This document shows positions 13,461-26,700 of a stretch of DNA of 64,000 bases, piece after piece. Under the pieces are notes generated by a model, which saw nothing but the letters and a program-made list of their open reading frames with translations, was not told the origin of the DNA and ran no database searches. Within the stretch, counting starts at the first letter, position 1; each line of letters opens with the position of its first letter. The position numbers and the translations under genes are program-made. This DNA comes from Acanthaster planci (Eukaryota): NCBI RefSeq assembly GCF_001949145.1, contig NW_019091359.1:1438540-1502539 (forward strand), written 5' to 3'.

Positions 13461-13614
13461 CAGGATGTCGACATCATGAGGTAGTTTTTGACCACGGTTA
13501 CGTCTTGGGAGAGATGTACCATCATTCTGTGATGCATTTTTGACCACGGTTATGTCTTGGGAGAGAAATGTACCATCATTCTGTGATACATTATCTTAAG
13601 ATGTCGACATCCTG
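13461..13614. repeat. Two copies of about 50 bp bracketed by GATGTCGACATC palindromes
   Basis: ttttgaccacggtta.gtcttgggagag..atgtaccatcattctgtgat at about 13485 and 13537; caggatgtcgacatc (13461) and gatgtcgacatcctg (13600-13614) are reverse complements. Confidence 0.75.
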
Positions 13615-14557
13615 TTGGCAGTGTGTCGTCATCCTGAGATATAACACGTCGTGAATTTAACAAGTCGAATGACACTTCCAGAGCCCTTTGAAGGATGTAT
13701 GTACTACAGACTCCATTACCAAATGTCCTACGAAAACCGGTTCACCAGATCGCTCGCAGAAGGGAGTCCATGGGTTCCAATAATCACGCAAAATTATTTG
13801 TTCCCCAACAGTGATAATAAATGTTAGCACATCCCACGTGAGTATGTTGGTATTACCGCACAGGATTGGAACTGTACATTCCCGTGTCTGGTACTGTGGT
13901 GCGGTCCTGGACATTGTGCAGCGGTCCTCGAACAAAACTCACAACTTCTTGTATTTAGTGATTGAAAAAAAAAACTGTTACCGAAGTATTGGTCCTATGA
14001 TAAAATTGATGGGTTCAGAAAATTTCAATGTTGAAACCGTCAGCAGGGCCGCAAACTGTACTATCCCTGAACCTACAAGCACCCATAAAGCTGATGTGAT
14101 TCAAACATCGTTCATTTTGCTCAGCTTTTCCCTTGCTAATCACATGCGACGTGAACACTGCATACACTTTCTTTAAAAAATGAAAAGCGGTGGACTCCCT
14201 ACGTGCAGGGACATAACAGACATCCTTCGAAGTCTCCCCTTGAGCCCTGGCGACCTACCGAAGTCGTTGCTGAATGCAAACTGACCCTCGCTGACACGCC
14301 GACCGCGCTGATGACGGTAGGGACCCAGTGGAAACTGGGGAGTGGAAAAGAACAGAAAGCCATCTGGAGATAACTGAGTGTGTCTATGTGTGAGATCATG
14401 ATGATGTTGGAAACAACTGTATCCAAGTTGTTGATCAGGGGCATTTTCGGGTGTGGGTGGGGCGAGGTAGTGGCACACGACTATGTTGTATTTGAAGCTA
14501 TTTTTTATTTGGGAGGAAAACGATGAGGCTAGGTATTTATAGGGAGACTGAGCTGTT

Positions 14558-14675
14558 ATAGGGATTTACATGGCTTACAGGCCAGTAGTTTGTTCCAAAG
14601 GGTATGCACAATGGAGGCTTCTCAGTGGAACAAAATGATTGCCCTGCAAGATGGCTACCACGCAAAGCCTCAATA
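14558..14675. mobile_element. MITE, same family as 51632-51759 (opposite orientation)
   Basis: Reverse complement attgaggctttgcgtggtagccatcttgcagggcaatcattttgttccac...tgtgcataccc matches 51632 onward. Confidence 0.75.
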
Positions 14676-17600
14676 GACACTACTACTTCTACTCAACTGC
14701 CAAATAATTAGTGTCTCACGTGTTTACTGAATTTTGACCATCAAAACTGCAACACAAAAATCGGGGTTAAGTGGCTGACAAAGAAGGAATTGTGAAAAAA
14801 CAGGGAATGATTCTCAAGAACAGAGCAGAGGTTTCTCAGTTTATTACTCTATTATGGGCAAAGGTCATTCTGCATTCAGGCAATGATTTTCATGTTGGCG
14901 ATTATGTTCCCACTAGCGGTTGACAAGCAAATGGGATGGCTTCTTTGAATGGTATGTTTATGTTACCTTTCAAATCTTTCACTCCCATTTCGTTCACTCT
15001 ACCGGTGACCAATACAATGACAATGGCGTGATGTAGCCACGCCTACCTGATACGTAAGCATGCATAATTTATGAAGAGCAAGCATACCTTGATTGGCAGC
15101 AGTATGAGCCGTGATTAACATGATTGAATCCACTACAAGATGAACAGCTGGAAAATGCAATTTCAAAATGTTAGACCTGTAAAGAATTCACCTTCAATAG
15201 TTCTACGAATCAAGTGAACACAGAAAAAAATAACGTGGAAGTTTAATGAGCGAATGTAGTCGTTATCCAAGTCGTCAAAGTAACTTTTGACATCAGAAAA
15301 CTCCCCCCGCACTGCTGTGTTCAAGTTGAACTTTGTTTAAGGTCAAGTTAAAAACAAAACTGCTATTCAGGATGTTGTGTCAACCTTTCCCTAAATATTT
15401 GCTAAATCAGTACTTTGTGACAGAACTGATGAATCTGCCTATGAAAGTAACAGCAGAGGATAAGGAGACGGGGTATTCTGATGGACAGGCACAGGGTGAC
15501 TTTGGGAATATAGCCGTAGACATGAGATTTACCCTCTCGTTCTCTCTTCGGTAAAATAACATCGAAGAAACCCTCACGGCGACCAAATTTCCTTTCAAAG
15601 CCATCAATTTCCACTTTTAATTCTACCCTCAAGGTGAAGAAAGGTGGAGAACCACAACGGACAGACACTACTACTGCCTAAGCTTCCACTAGGTGAGGGC
15701 TGACGTAGACAATTTCAAGACGAACCATTGATAAGGTAAGCAGAACTCAATCTCAAATTCCGACAATTGCTGAGCTAACTCGCTAGGTTCCACATGCAGT
15801 CAATAAAGTTCATTCAAGGAACCATTACGCTAAGTGATGCAAGTGACAGGATTAACACCTATAACAATCTAGGCATCTATCGTCATTTAAAGGAAACATG
15901 TCCGGGATGAACAATGGGTTGTACTGGTCCCTTGCACAATGTAGGACAACTCTAAGGGGTATATGGTGATGGAGTGAGTTGCAATGACGTCATACTTTCC
16001 CTAAAACCCTCACTGGTACCCCACCTTCGATGTTTTGCTGTGGCTATTCCAAGGCTTTTTCGAAATCCTGGCTTCGTCTCAACCTGTGCCTCACCTCCGT
16101 CCCCCTAATCAGTTTTAAATGTTTACGGTGAGAACCGAATGAATCTTTTCCAAACCTTGGCTTTGTATCAGAAAAACTGGTTGGAAGTTGAGCTAACGTA
16201 GTTTGATTCAAGGGATGAACTACAAAAAGTCTGAAGACAAAGACGAGATTTGAAAAACTTGGCAAGGGGTAAGGCCGTGAGTGTGGTACTTTTGCAGAAA
16301 AAACGAATACCGTGCAATGACAAATCATTCATTCAGACACTGCCTGACACCAAAGATGGCAGCCTACAAAGGATTGTGGGAGAAGTAATGTTTAGGGTAA
16401 AGCACCGTCATGCAATCACCATCGGATGTGCCACACTGACCTCTGACCTTATAAGAGCTCACATTATGATACATCAAAGGCTGATGAAAAGTCAGAGATG
16501 AGGAAAATGCAAACATTACACTGAAGACTAACCATTCACTACAGGGAGGAAAACAAACAGGTCTTAACAAACAGGATGCATGATGAAGACAGATTGAATT
16601 TACAGAAGAAATTTACATCACACTCGAATTTCTGAAAATTCTGTGTTTCACAACTGTATCAGTTTACTTCACTTCTAGCTGCAAACAGTTACAGATTTTC
16701 CTCCCATTTTTTTAGTTTTAAAATATGCCACAAAAACAATTGAAGGAATTTGTGGGAAAACACAAGTACATCAAAGCACGACACATAGAAACAATTTACA
16801 ACAAAGATTAGAGGTGTTTTTTTCAGCTAAATGCTGACGGAAGTTCTTGGTTTCTGGGAGAGGGATTTCAAAAAGTTTGTTTCGGCGAAAACAAGTGCAT
16901 CTTCAACATCATATTACATCACCAATCAATGTATTCCATGAATGCAATATGATTTTTTTCCCACTTTTTTTTTTAGCAAATCACCAATACAAACTAATCT
17001 TTCTTTGGACCAGTTCTAGAAAATATAATCAACAATGATGACTTAAATAAAGAGGGGAAGAATACAATTAAGTTTGTATGTAACATACATGCACCATTCA
17101 CCCATCAAAGATATAACAGAGATATTCATGCACAACAATGAACATTATGTACACAATATAATTCAAATATATACAGACTTGTGTCTAAATATATACATGC
17201 AGTATTTGGGGAAAATATCACCATTCTTAGATTCACAGTTGCAAAAGAAAAGCATGCAATGATTTTTATGTACATGATTTGAATGGAACCCATTTGAAAA
17301 CCAAGCAGAAGTATACACAACGATGTAGATGGATTTCCAATGGACAGATGGTGCTCGGCTGAAAAAGTCAATTTCATGGATTTCTTAAATTCCTGATGAG
17401 AACATGCTAGGGAAAATTTAAGTTTTGAAGAGGTAAAAAATACTAACAGCATTGATTTGGTCTTCCAAATATACTCTTTTCATCGCATACTTCTCACAAA
17501 GATTGCTGTTCACTGATGTACAAATCTCCAAATTTAAAACTTATTCAATCTCTGTTTTATGCCAAACAGGCATGCAACTTGGACTTTGACAAAAACAAGG

Positions 17601-18034
17601 AATTTCCCATCTTTACAAGACTTTGTGCAGTGTGTTCAATTTTCAATGGCACCAGTGTAAAGTGAAAAACAAGGAAATTAGCTGATCTGAGGAAAAGTTG
17701 CATGCCTGCTCAAAACGTCTTTTAAGATATAATTCAAGTAGAATATTTATTTTTGAGGGAGTGATGCTGTGAAGCATTAACATATGAACTTTAAGCACAG
17801 CTGCCATCTTGGACTAGTTTCCTGAGTACATACATGTAGTACCTATACATATAGACACAGCTGCAAATAAGACAAGCACCAGCCTGATAAAAATTCCAAC
17901 ACGAGATGGCTGCTATGTGACATAAGCAAATATCTACAAAGAATGTTTTCAAGCATGCAAACATCTATCACAATGACAAACATCGCATGGACGCGTGGAT
18001 GTTTTTGTCAAAGGCAGGATGGAGGGGTGGCTGA

Positions 18035-21000
18035 TCAGCGTTTGACATGGGGGAACACGACGGCGGGTTTCAGGTGGAAAGCGTGACTGGTACGAATCAA
18101 AGCTTGCACCTTGTGCCAGGATTTCATGGCCTGGGACTCGGTCTGGCGACGCCTCTCCATGTCTGACTGGAGGTAGCGAACCTGGGACTTGAGGTCAGCA
18201 TCCCACACCAGGACGTGAGTGTACTGGGTGTCTGTGTTTAAAGAAAGACAGTGAGTCAGTGTGAGATATCGGCCAACGCATGATGTGGCATGGGACAATG
18301 TTGACATGCAACTATGGTCAAAATAATTACATTGTCAGAACAAATTTGAAACTTACTTTTCATCGACAAAGTATTATTTTCACAGAACCCAAGCTTTACA
18401 GGCCTAATTCTCATTTTTGACATGCCGACAGTCCAATTTAAAATTTGATAACTTCCCCTTGGAATACTCAATTTTCAAAACTCAAAAACAAAGCAGCATT
18501 TGAAATTATGAGTTCCGTACCACTACAATAACTTAACAATGACTTCTTACCGAAATGTATCTCACCTTGATATACCTCATTGCTTTTACGTATTAGTGTC
18601 TTGGGTCCAATACACCAACACAAGGAATGCAGTTTAATAACAAGAGACAGATATAAGATAATATGTTTTTTACTCTGCTCTGAGGATTTCAGAGTGCAAA
18701 GGGTTTGATGTCAAAAACAAAACGAAGAATGTATTTTTGATATGAAATATGCAAAATTGTTTGAGGGTCATAGAAAGCAGAGAAGACCAGGAATGAAGTT
18801 TAACATGAGAGTAGAGCTGACAGATTTTGCTGTTAAAATGATTTCAACATTTGTTCTACCTGTGTGTTCTGGGACAGGTGGCCTTCGAACAAAGCCTGAT
18901 CCAGATGTCACTATGACAGCATTGAACTTCATCAATCCTGTTGAAAGAAAAATAGAAGATCCATGTCACTTTCGATGCTTCATTTGATTAGGTTTGTCAT
19001 TGTTAAAATATGAGGAACTTTATATGATGAAAGTGTCTATGATTATTCAGGGATGGCCTACGACAGTGCGGCTATCAACCCTACTGACCATGTCCCTTGA
19101 CAGCTACCATCGCTCTCAGGTTGGACGTATATCGTTTGCTGATGGACACCAGCTGGTGGGTGTTGGTGTCGATGAGGATCAGGTGACCGCCGGCGGTGCC
19201 TACCCACAATGCAACACGAGGCTGGAGAAGCAACGACTTGATGTAGCAGTTGGAGGGCTCGGCCGCATCTTCCTTGCTGTGGGCACGGAAATGAAAGATG
19301 ACAAAATAATGATGGTGCAACTCTGGAGGGAGTGTGTTCACGTTGAGTTCTATTAATTTTCTTGATCTGGGATGGCACCCAAGTGAACTGACCTTTGCAC
19401 TGGCTATTTTGCTTCACCCCTCAACTTTTTTTGTGCAATATTTTTGTTATTTCTGCACTTTATTCAGAAATGCATAATGATCAGAATGGAGTTGGGCTAC
19501 ATAAGCACTTGATTATTTGTCATTCTTTATACACATTTTCCTTGAAATTTTAAACAGGACATTTCCTTCATCATCGTCCCTCGTTAGAATTATTTCAGAG
19601 GTTCAAAACTGCTGTTTTGCGCTGTTGAGAAACTGAAGTGAGGTTTCATCGGCAGAAAAAATAGATAAATTACAGACCCATAGCAAATTCTAAAAATGAA
19701 TGAAGCAATGATTTTAAATTGCCTATCGAAAAGAGTTTTCTATTCAACCAACTCAATGAAATAATCTTCATGAAATGAAAGAATATACCTTTGCTTCTGT
19801 GCCAATGAATGGGTCCCAAAGAAATTGGCCTACAATACTTATGTGGCTGGATTCAGTGACCCAATCCCATCCCTTCATAGCAAGCTATGCAGCCCACAAA
19901 CCTGATGAACTCAGCCACGTTGATGGTGTGGGTCATCTTGCGTCGGCTGACATCCCAGACCTCAATGATGGAGCTGTTTCTTCGACATAGCCAGATGGCC
20001 TTATCCACGGCCATGCACTTCACCATGGCCGGTCTAGAGACGGAACGATAACTTCCACAATAAACTACGATAAATGCCAACTGGTAATTAGATGAAAAAT
20101 TGAAAACTACTGGATGCAACGACTGTTGCTCATATTTTGTGAGGAAACAGTAGATATGTCTCGCTTTAGGGTGAGCAGGCATTTTGTTTATGAAAACATT
20201 TTACATAGTTATATTTGGAAGCAACATCGTAAGAATTCAGCCGTTACTGGTGGTCACATGGCCAGTTTTTGTTACCGAAAGTTTTGTTTGTAATAAGTAA
20301 CTTCAAACAAACGCCAAGAATACTGCTAAAGAAAAGGACTAACAAGAAAATTCCTTGATCCTGCAAGTGAAGAGTGAGACTCAAGCTAAATCTGAATTGG
20401 GCATTTTTATGACTACAGCTTAGGTTTTTTTTAGTGATGGGCCACTGCAGATAGCCATAGCCGCAGATAGTTGATGCCCTTTAACTGGACGTGGCTTTAC
20501 CTCTCTTCTTGGTCCGGTTCCAGCACTGTGGAAGTGTCCGACTCCAGATTGTAGATGTTTAGACTGATGACCTTGGAGCTGTAGGCCAGCCAGATCTTGT
20601 TACGAGTCAAGGTGATAGACTTGATGGGTTCATCCCTGGACCCTATGTGAAGCATCTTGTCAGGTTGGCAATCCTTATCCTTGGGTCAAAAGTAAGTTTA
20701 AGAGGAAAGAAATCCACAAAATAAAATAAAACTTAACAGGTACCTAACAATTTGTCAGTGGATGTAAATGGTACTATTTACATTAAAAGCCACAAGTCCT
20801 AGATATGACATGTAAAGGTGTAAATCAGGGGTGAGACCGGAAGACAGTAAAATATCCCTGAAATAATCACCGGAGGTTTGAGGGCTTCACAGCAGCAGAG
20901 GGTCGCTTTGTGGTTGCCCACGAGACATGCCTTAAAATACCCATTTCTCGTGTTCTATATCTAAACTTTCATACATTAAACCTTAATGGCTAACTCAGGA

Positions 21001-23734
21001 TTTTTCAGATTTTTATTAGAGACTGTTTGAAAAATCCTGATGAAAAACAACATCCCGAAACCAGGAAAAATCCAGACAAATCTCTCGCCTGGTCAAGTTT
21101 TTAATTTCATTATATAGCTCAAAACCCCCCCATGACTGCTTGAATATTTTTGGCAATAGGATGAACATAATGCAGACAAAAAGGATTACGGCACAGTTCA
21201 ACAGCTCCTTCTGTTTCTTTCTTGCTTTTGTTACTAAGTACTCACGCTCTGTAGTCTGTTCGCCTTGTAGATAGCCAGTCTTCCGTTGGCCAGTCCAGCG
21301 AAGAGAAGGCTGGCCTCTTGGTCCCTGGGAAAGAAAATTTGAGTCATTTTTATAAATTTATCTTTCTATGAACTTGGAAACGATGCGGCACATGGTTTAT
21401 CCTCTCCTCCCTCACCCTAACTTGCCACCCATGTGCTCATCAGACGTGGAGCTCTAAAGCTCTGATGAAGAGCCCACATGGCAGAGGTAATGTAATTGAG
21501 GTGAAGGAGTTGACTGCCTAAATGTGAACCGATGGGCAACTCCATGCGAACGTGCAATTTTGGTAACGCTGTTGTCCACCTCATTTTATAGGTATTTCTA
21601 AAAGAAAAGAGGTTTTGAAGTGGAAATAATAAGTCGGACCATTTTCTTTAATTCCACTGCTATTTGTCTGTGACACGTCCTTTTGTTTCTGAATTACACC
21701 TGATATTGAGGTCAAGTATAGCGTGACCAAATTTGCACTGCCTTGTGTGGAATAGACCTCAATCATGCATGGGCAGCAATTCTGCCTTTCTACCATTCAA
21801 AGCAATGCAATGAAACTGAGGCTGGAAGAAAAGACAGTCTGTTCCCTTTTATCAATATGTGAAGTTGTATTTCTATTGCCAAAGGGACTACAGGGATGAA
21901 GACAAATATGGCTGCACCATGATAAAGGTCTACTGCCCGATCACAAGAAGCAACAATGCACTTATCTGAACCCCACTGTTGGCAGATTACTGTTTTAAGC
22001 AACATCTGAACTGAGTTGGGACTTTTGGATGTCCCCACATCAGTTTTGGTCCCCACACTGACTATCAACAAGCACCTGTGTGGTCCTCAGATCCCAGGGC
22101 CAATATATGTAGGCTTGTGATGTTGTGCTTTACCAGCTCACAGATGTCCTGACAATACAGAGCTTTCTAATGTCATACCATTGGAGAGCAAATGACATAT
22201 TTATAACGGGACAGCGTCTGAATGATGACATCAATATGTCAGCTCAATGATTGATTTGGACTTCAAATCTTACCGTTTCCAGTAGGCCAGGCAGACCACG
22301 GCATCGCCCAGTTTGGGCAGAGTGTGCTTCAGTCGGTATGGAGAGCTGGACAGGTCACAAACGCACAGCTCGCCGCACTGGGTGCCAATGACCATGGCAT
22401 ATTCACCAATGGCGGTCATGCACAACGCTCGTCCCTTGTGTAACATCATACCCTGAAAAACACAAGCGATACGTTAGACTTCAAGAAAGAGCACCGGCGA
22501 ACAAGTACTAGCAACAGAAATAAGCTGTTCATCTGTATACTGTGCCTTGTTAAATATACCTTGGCACCTTGAATGAATCTGTCTGAAGTGCGCTCAAAAT
22601 ACCGAATGAACTGTGCTTAATATACTAAAATGATCTGTTCCCAAAATACCCAAATGAACTCATGTGCTCCAAATATTTAAACGAATGTGCTCAAAATACC
22701 ACAAGGAACTGCGCTCAAAATACCCAAATACCAATAAGCTTCAGAGGACTTCCACTGTAGGCGACAATTATGTGACAATGGCAAGTGCACTGGTTCCAGA
22801 CAGATACCGAAATGTGAAAAAACATTATGGAGTCAAGATTACGATCACTGTAAGGTTTGGACCATGACACCATTGTAGTTGTCTTTAAGAGTTCAAACTT
22901 GGAGTCCTTTAAGGTTGAGCAGTTGTAGACACGTCACAGTCATAGAGTTTTCTTCAAGAGGGGAAGGACCGAGGAGAGGGGTTGATGGGGCATTGTCAGT
23001 ACCTGTATGGAGTTCTCAGGGTCGATGTTCAGAGGCTGTATCCACGACACCATGGTGGCCTTCCTGTCACCTCCGGCCAGCCACACCTCTTGGCATTCCA
23101 CTCCCTCCGACCGGTAAAACTGAACAGGTAGAAAAACAGAGGGAAATCAGTCAACAAACCCTGGCTGATTCAGATAATAAACAAGCAGATTTCTTAGGGC
23201 TCAGCCACAAGAGGCAAGTTTCACAGCAACTTGGTGTTGACTGGATGAACTATGAGCTAGGAGAACCATGACATAGAACCGAGTGCGCTTTTACAACAGT
23301 GGAGGGAAACTTCTTATATTACACAAGGCTGAAGTCTACCGTTCAATATCTCCTTGAACAACGCCCGAAATCCTCCTTCCCATCCAAAGTGTGCCGCAAA
23401 CACCAAGCTAGCCAAATTTTGGATGGTTCTAAGGAAACGTACATAATGCATAAGGCAGAAAAATCTGGCATACCAAAACAGGATGCATTAAAGACTTGAA
23501 GCAGATAAAGATAGACTGTCACCTTAATAGACAAAAATATTTCAGGAAAAAAATATCTTTGATCGTTAGTTAATTTTGAGTTTCTCTTGTTGATATCTAA
23601 GGCTGATCGCTGCCTCACATCCATAACCTTACCCTGACTGCCATGCACTCTACGCAGACATCCATGAGTAGTGGATACTCCCTCTTGAGGCACAGTAACT
23701 CGGCTGAGTTCAACCACTTGAACACTTGCTCAGA
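18035..23734 (-). CDS. LRRK2: LRRK2-like: kinase end, WD40 domain and C-terminal helix exons
   Basis: Exons 23734-23633, 23119-23003, 22452-22274, 21324-21246, 20679-20501, 20033-19902, 19276-19089, 18937-18860, 18231-18035. Motifs [41 protein letters not shown]. Confidence 0.9.
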
Positions 23735-26700
23735 CTGGAGATGCAGAAGAGAAAACCATAGAATATTTTATTGCAACTGTGTTCCTTCTCGCTCTTCAAG
23801 CGTGCATTGGAATTGCTCTGTGAAATTTCCGGGGCTGTCCGGGCACTAACATCAAACTGCTGGGTGCACTGTCCCAGTTCCAGTGTGTTTGTTCTTGGTA
23901 TAGCTAATGAATTGACTGTCGCAATGGTTGCAAAGTGCATTGAAAGACTTCATCTCCCCCCCCCAAAAAAATTCTAAGCAAGAAGCACGTGTCAGCGTTA
24001 GCCGCAAATCAAAACTTGGGTTCTTAAGTTGAAACTTAAACACTACCTGTGTGAACTGAACAATACCTCAATCAAATAGAGACATAAGTCCATTGGATAC
24101 GGATAGAGAAACATAAAAAAACCATGCAGACAAAATGAATACAAATCTCACCCAAGAGTTCTTTCCATCAGTTGATATTGTCACGCTAAGCACAATAAAA
24201 CAATCCTAATTCCTGCTAACTGTATATTCAGATGCTCACAAAAAGTTCTAGTAGAAATTTGGCCATGAATTACAGGTAAAGAATCAAAGACGTGATTTTG
24301 TTCCTGCACAAGGTAATTGATTCTGGCAGGGGAAAAAACTGAGCTTATCTGCTACCTTTATGATTAACTGTAATTCAGTAACTATGTGAGTTAGAGAGGC
24401 TTAGCAACAACTCACCGTAGGTCGGTGCTGTGGCACATGCTCCAGGCAATAGTCAATGAGTTCCTGAAGGTCTGGCCAGGGGGGTACACCGCTGTAAGTC
24501 AGAGGTAGCAACTGGCGACCCTGGGCAGATTGAGAATCATACAAATATCAGTCAACTGTGGACCAATCAGTGCGCGTGGTCATCATTCACTGTGGCAAAC
24601 ATCTATTAACAGCAGAGGCAACGTGCCATCTAGCGCATGATGACGAACACTCCACTGATGACAGAAACCTTGAACTAACATCAATGTGCGAAATAAACAG
24701 ACCGTGTTGATTTTTCGAACAAATACGCCGTAAGTTTTCTACGACAAAATTCTTCTTTAAATTCACCCTAGCTGTAAACATTGACCATAAATTTGTACAT
24801 GATGACACAGTAGGTTGCTATGACGATGTAATGATCATAATGGAGTCTACCTTCATCACAGCTTCGTCCAGCTCAGCTCTGAATTCTAATTCCTCAAAGG
24901 GCTTGTGTCCTCCAGTGACCATCTCGTACAGAAGAATGCCGAAGGAGTAGATGTCCACCTTGGCGTCAACAAAAGAAAATGCACGAACAAAATCAATGGT
25001 GATCAATCACGGAACACTGAGTGCCAGTGTTGTAGTTGACTGCATACTAGTCCATCACAAGTCACTCGGTCTTAAGCCAAGCCACAAGCTACTCAAAGGA
25101 ATTGTGACAAATACTCTCCAATATCATCGTTCACCCAGTTACTTTAGACTAGTTTGGCAATGAGATTTTCTGACAGGACTTGTAACAGACTCAACATCAT
25201 CCCTACTCTGTCCAGTAACTTTCTGCACCCACGCAGGGAATACAATTATGCATGAAATTAGCAAGCATTTCCTGCTATTTGCGGTTTTCAGATGATGTCT
25301 GGAAACATCCTAGATGGAAATGGCCTGACTTCTTTCCTGCCATTACATTTACACAAGTTACAAAGGTGACTATGCCTTGGCAATGATAGAATTGTAAGAG
25401 ACTTTGAGTTCTGTACCTCTGTATTGTAAGTAGACAACCCTCGAATGACCTCCGGCGCTCGATAGCCTGGGGTTCCCTCTGGTGCTCTAAGACCGTATGG
25501 CGTAGCAAACTTGGAGATGCCATAATCAGCTATCTTGGCATTATGCTATAAACAATGTAATATGCATTAACTATAAAAGTTTACAGAAACCATCATTATA
25601 AGAAAAGAAATGGACTAATTTCTGTTAAAATACAAAAAAAGGCTAATTTTAAGTTTCAAACACAAGAGGGATGAAAGGTTATCAAACAAAGAACTATGTT
25701 TAGCAACAGACATTTTTGTTGACCATGATATCAGCTAAGATTTAACCGTGGGCGGTACTTTTCACGTTTTCATTTTGGTCAAGCTAACAGCAACGTTATT
25801 CATGGGTCAAAAGTCAACACTAACCAGCGTCCCAAGTGACAGGGAGAAGATCAGGATATTGTCTGGTTTCAGGTCTCGGTAAACAATGCGATGCTCATGA
25901 AGAAACATCAATCCCTCCGCCACCTGTCAAAAAAAAAGTTGACTTCAATTTTTTCTGAAGGAATCCTGGCTAGAAGTAATGATGGATTTTCAAGTAAATT
26001 TTCACAAACACGCTTGTGGTAAGCACCTTAGCACACATACAAACAAATATGTTAATCATCCCAAAGTTTGACACCAAATTTTGCCTGGGAAATGAGCCTA
26101 ACTCAAATGGAATGGATTTTTCACATTCAATCCTTGGTTTAAAATTTTCCTGATCTCGATATCCATCTCATGTCCAACTGCAGCAAAATGCCTATTACAG
26201 AAAGAATCTGATTTGGTTTCAAAGAATAACAAATTGATACATTCCTTTAAATGCAAAATTTGAAAAGTCTTGCAGGTAAGATAAAAACTGATTCTAAAAT
26301 CAATCCTGCAAGTCTAGAACTGTATCATTGAATGCAACTTTTTGCATACGCACTCGTTTGGTATCTTACATGAATGATTTGAGCTGAGTGAGGCAATGAT
26401 ACAGACCACTATATGTACATACCTGCAAGGCAATACGGTGCTGTAGACTCCTACTGGTCAATTTCTTATTGCGCAATACCGATGCCAACGACCCAAGCTG
26501 GGCCAATTCAATGACAAGAACCCTGGGGTTCAAACCAACGCCTTCCATGGAGACTAGGCTAGGGTGCTGCAGCTGCCTCAAGATGGTAACCTGGATGGGG
26601 CAGAGTTTTCATACAGCAAGATATGGTAAGTCCCGTAGTCGTGCAGTCCGTACTTCACTGGCAAGTGCTCATAACCGATTCACAGCTAATTATCAGTCTT

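Noticed and set aside
14308..14340. CTGATGA...GAAAC hammerhead-like string (also CTGATGA at about 21463 and 60654)
   Set aside because: No pairable stem II or stem I, or no GAAA core.
15402..16328. Minus-strand ORFs, including a GSPPxF motif echoing the one at 14.2 kb
   Set aside because: Similarity is limited to a few residues and I could not build a consistent splice chain.
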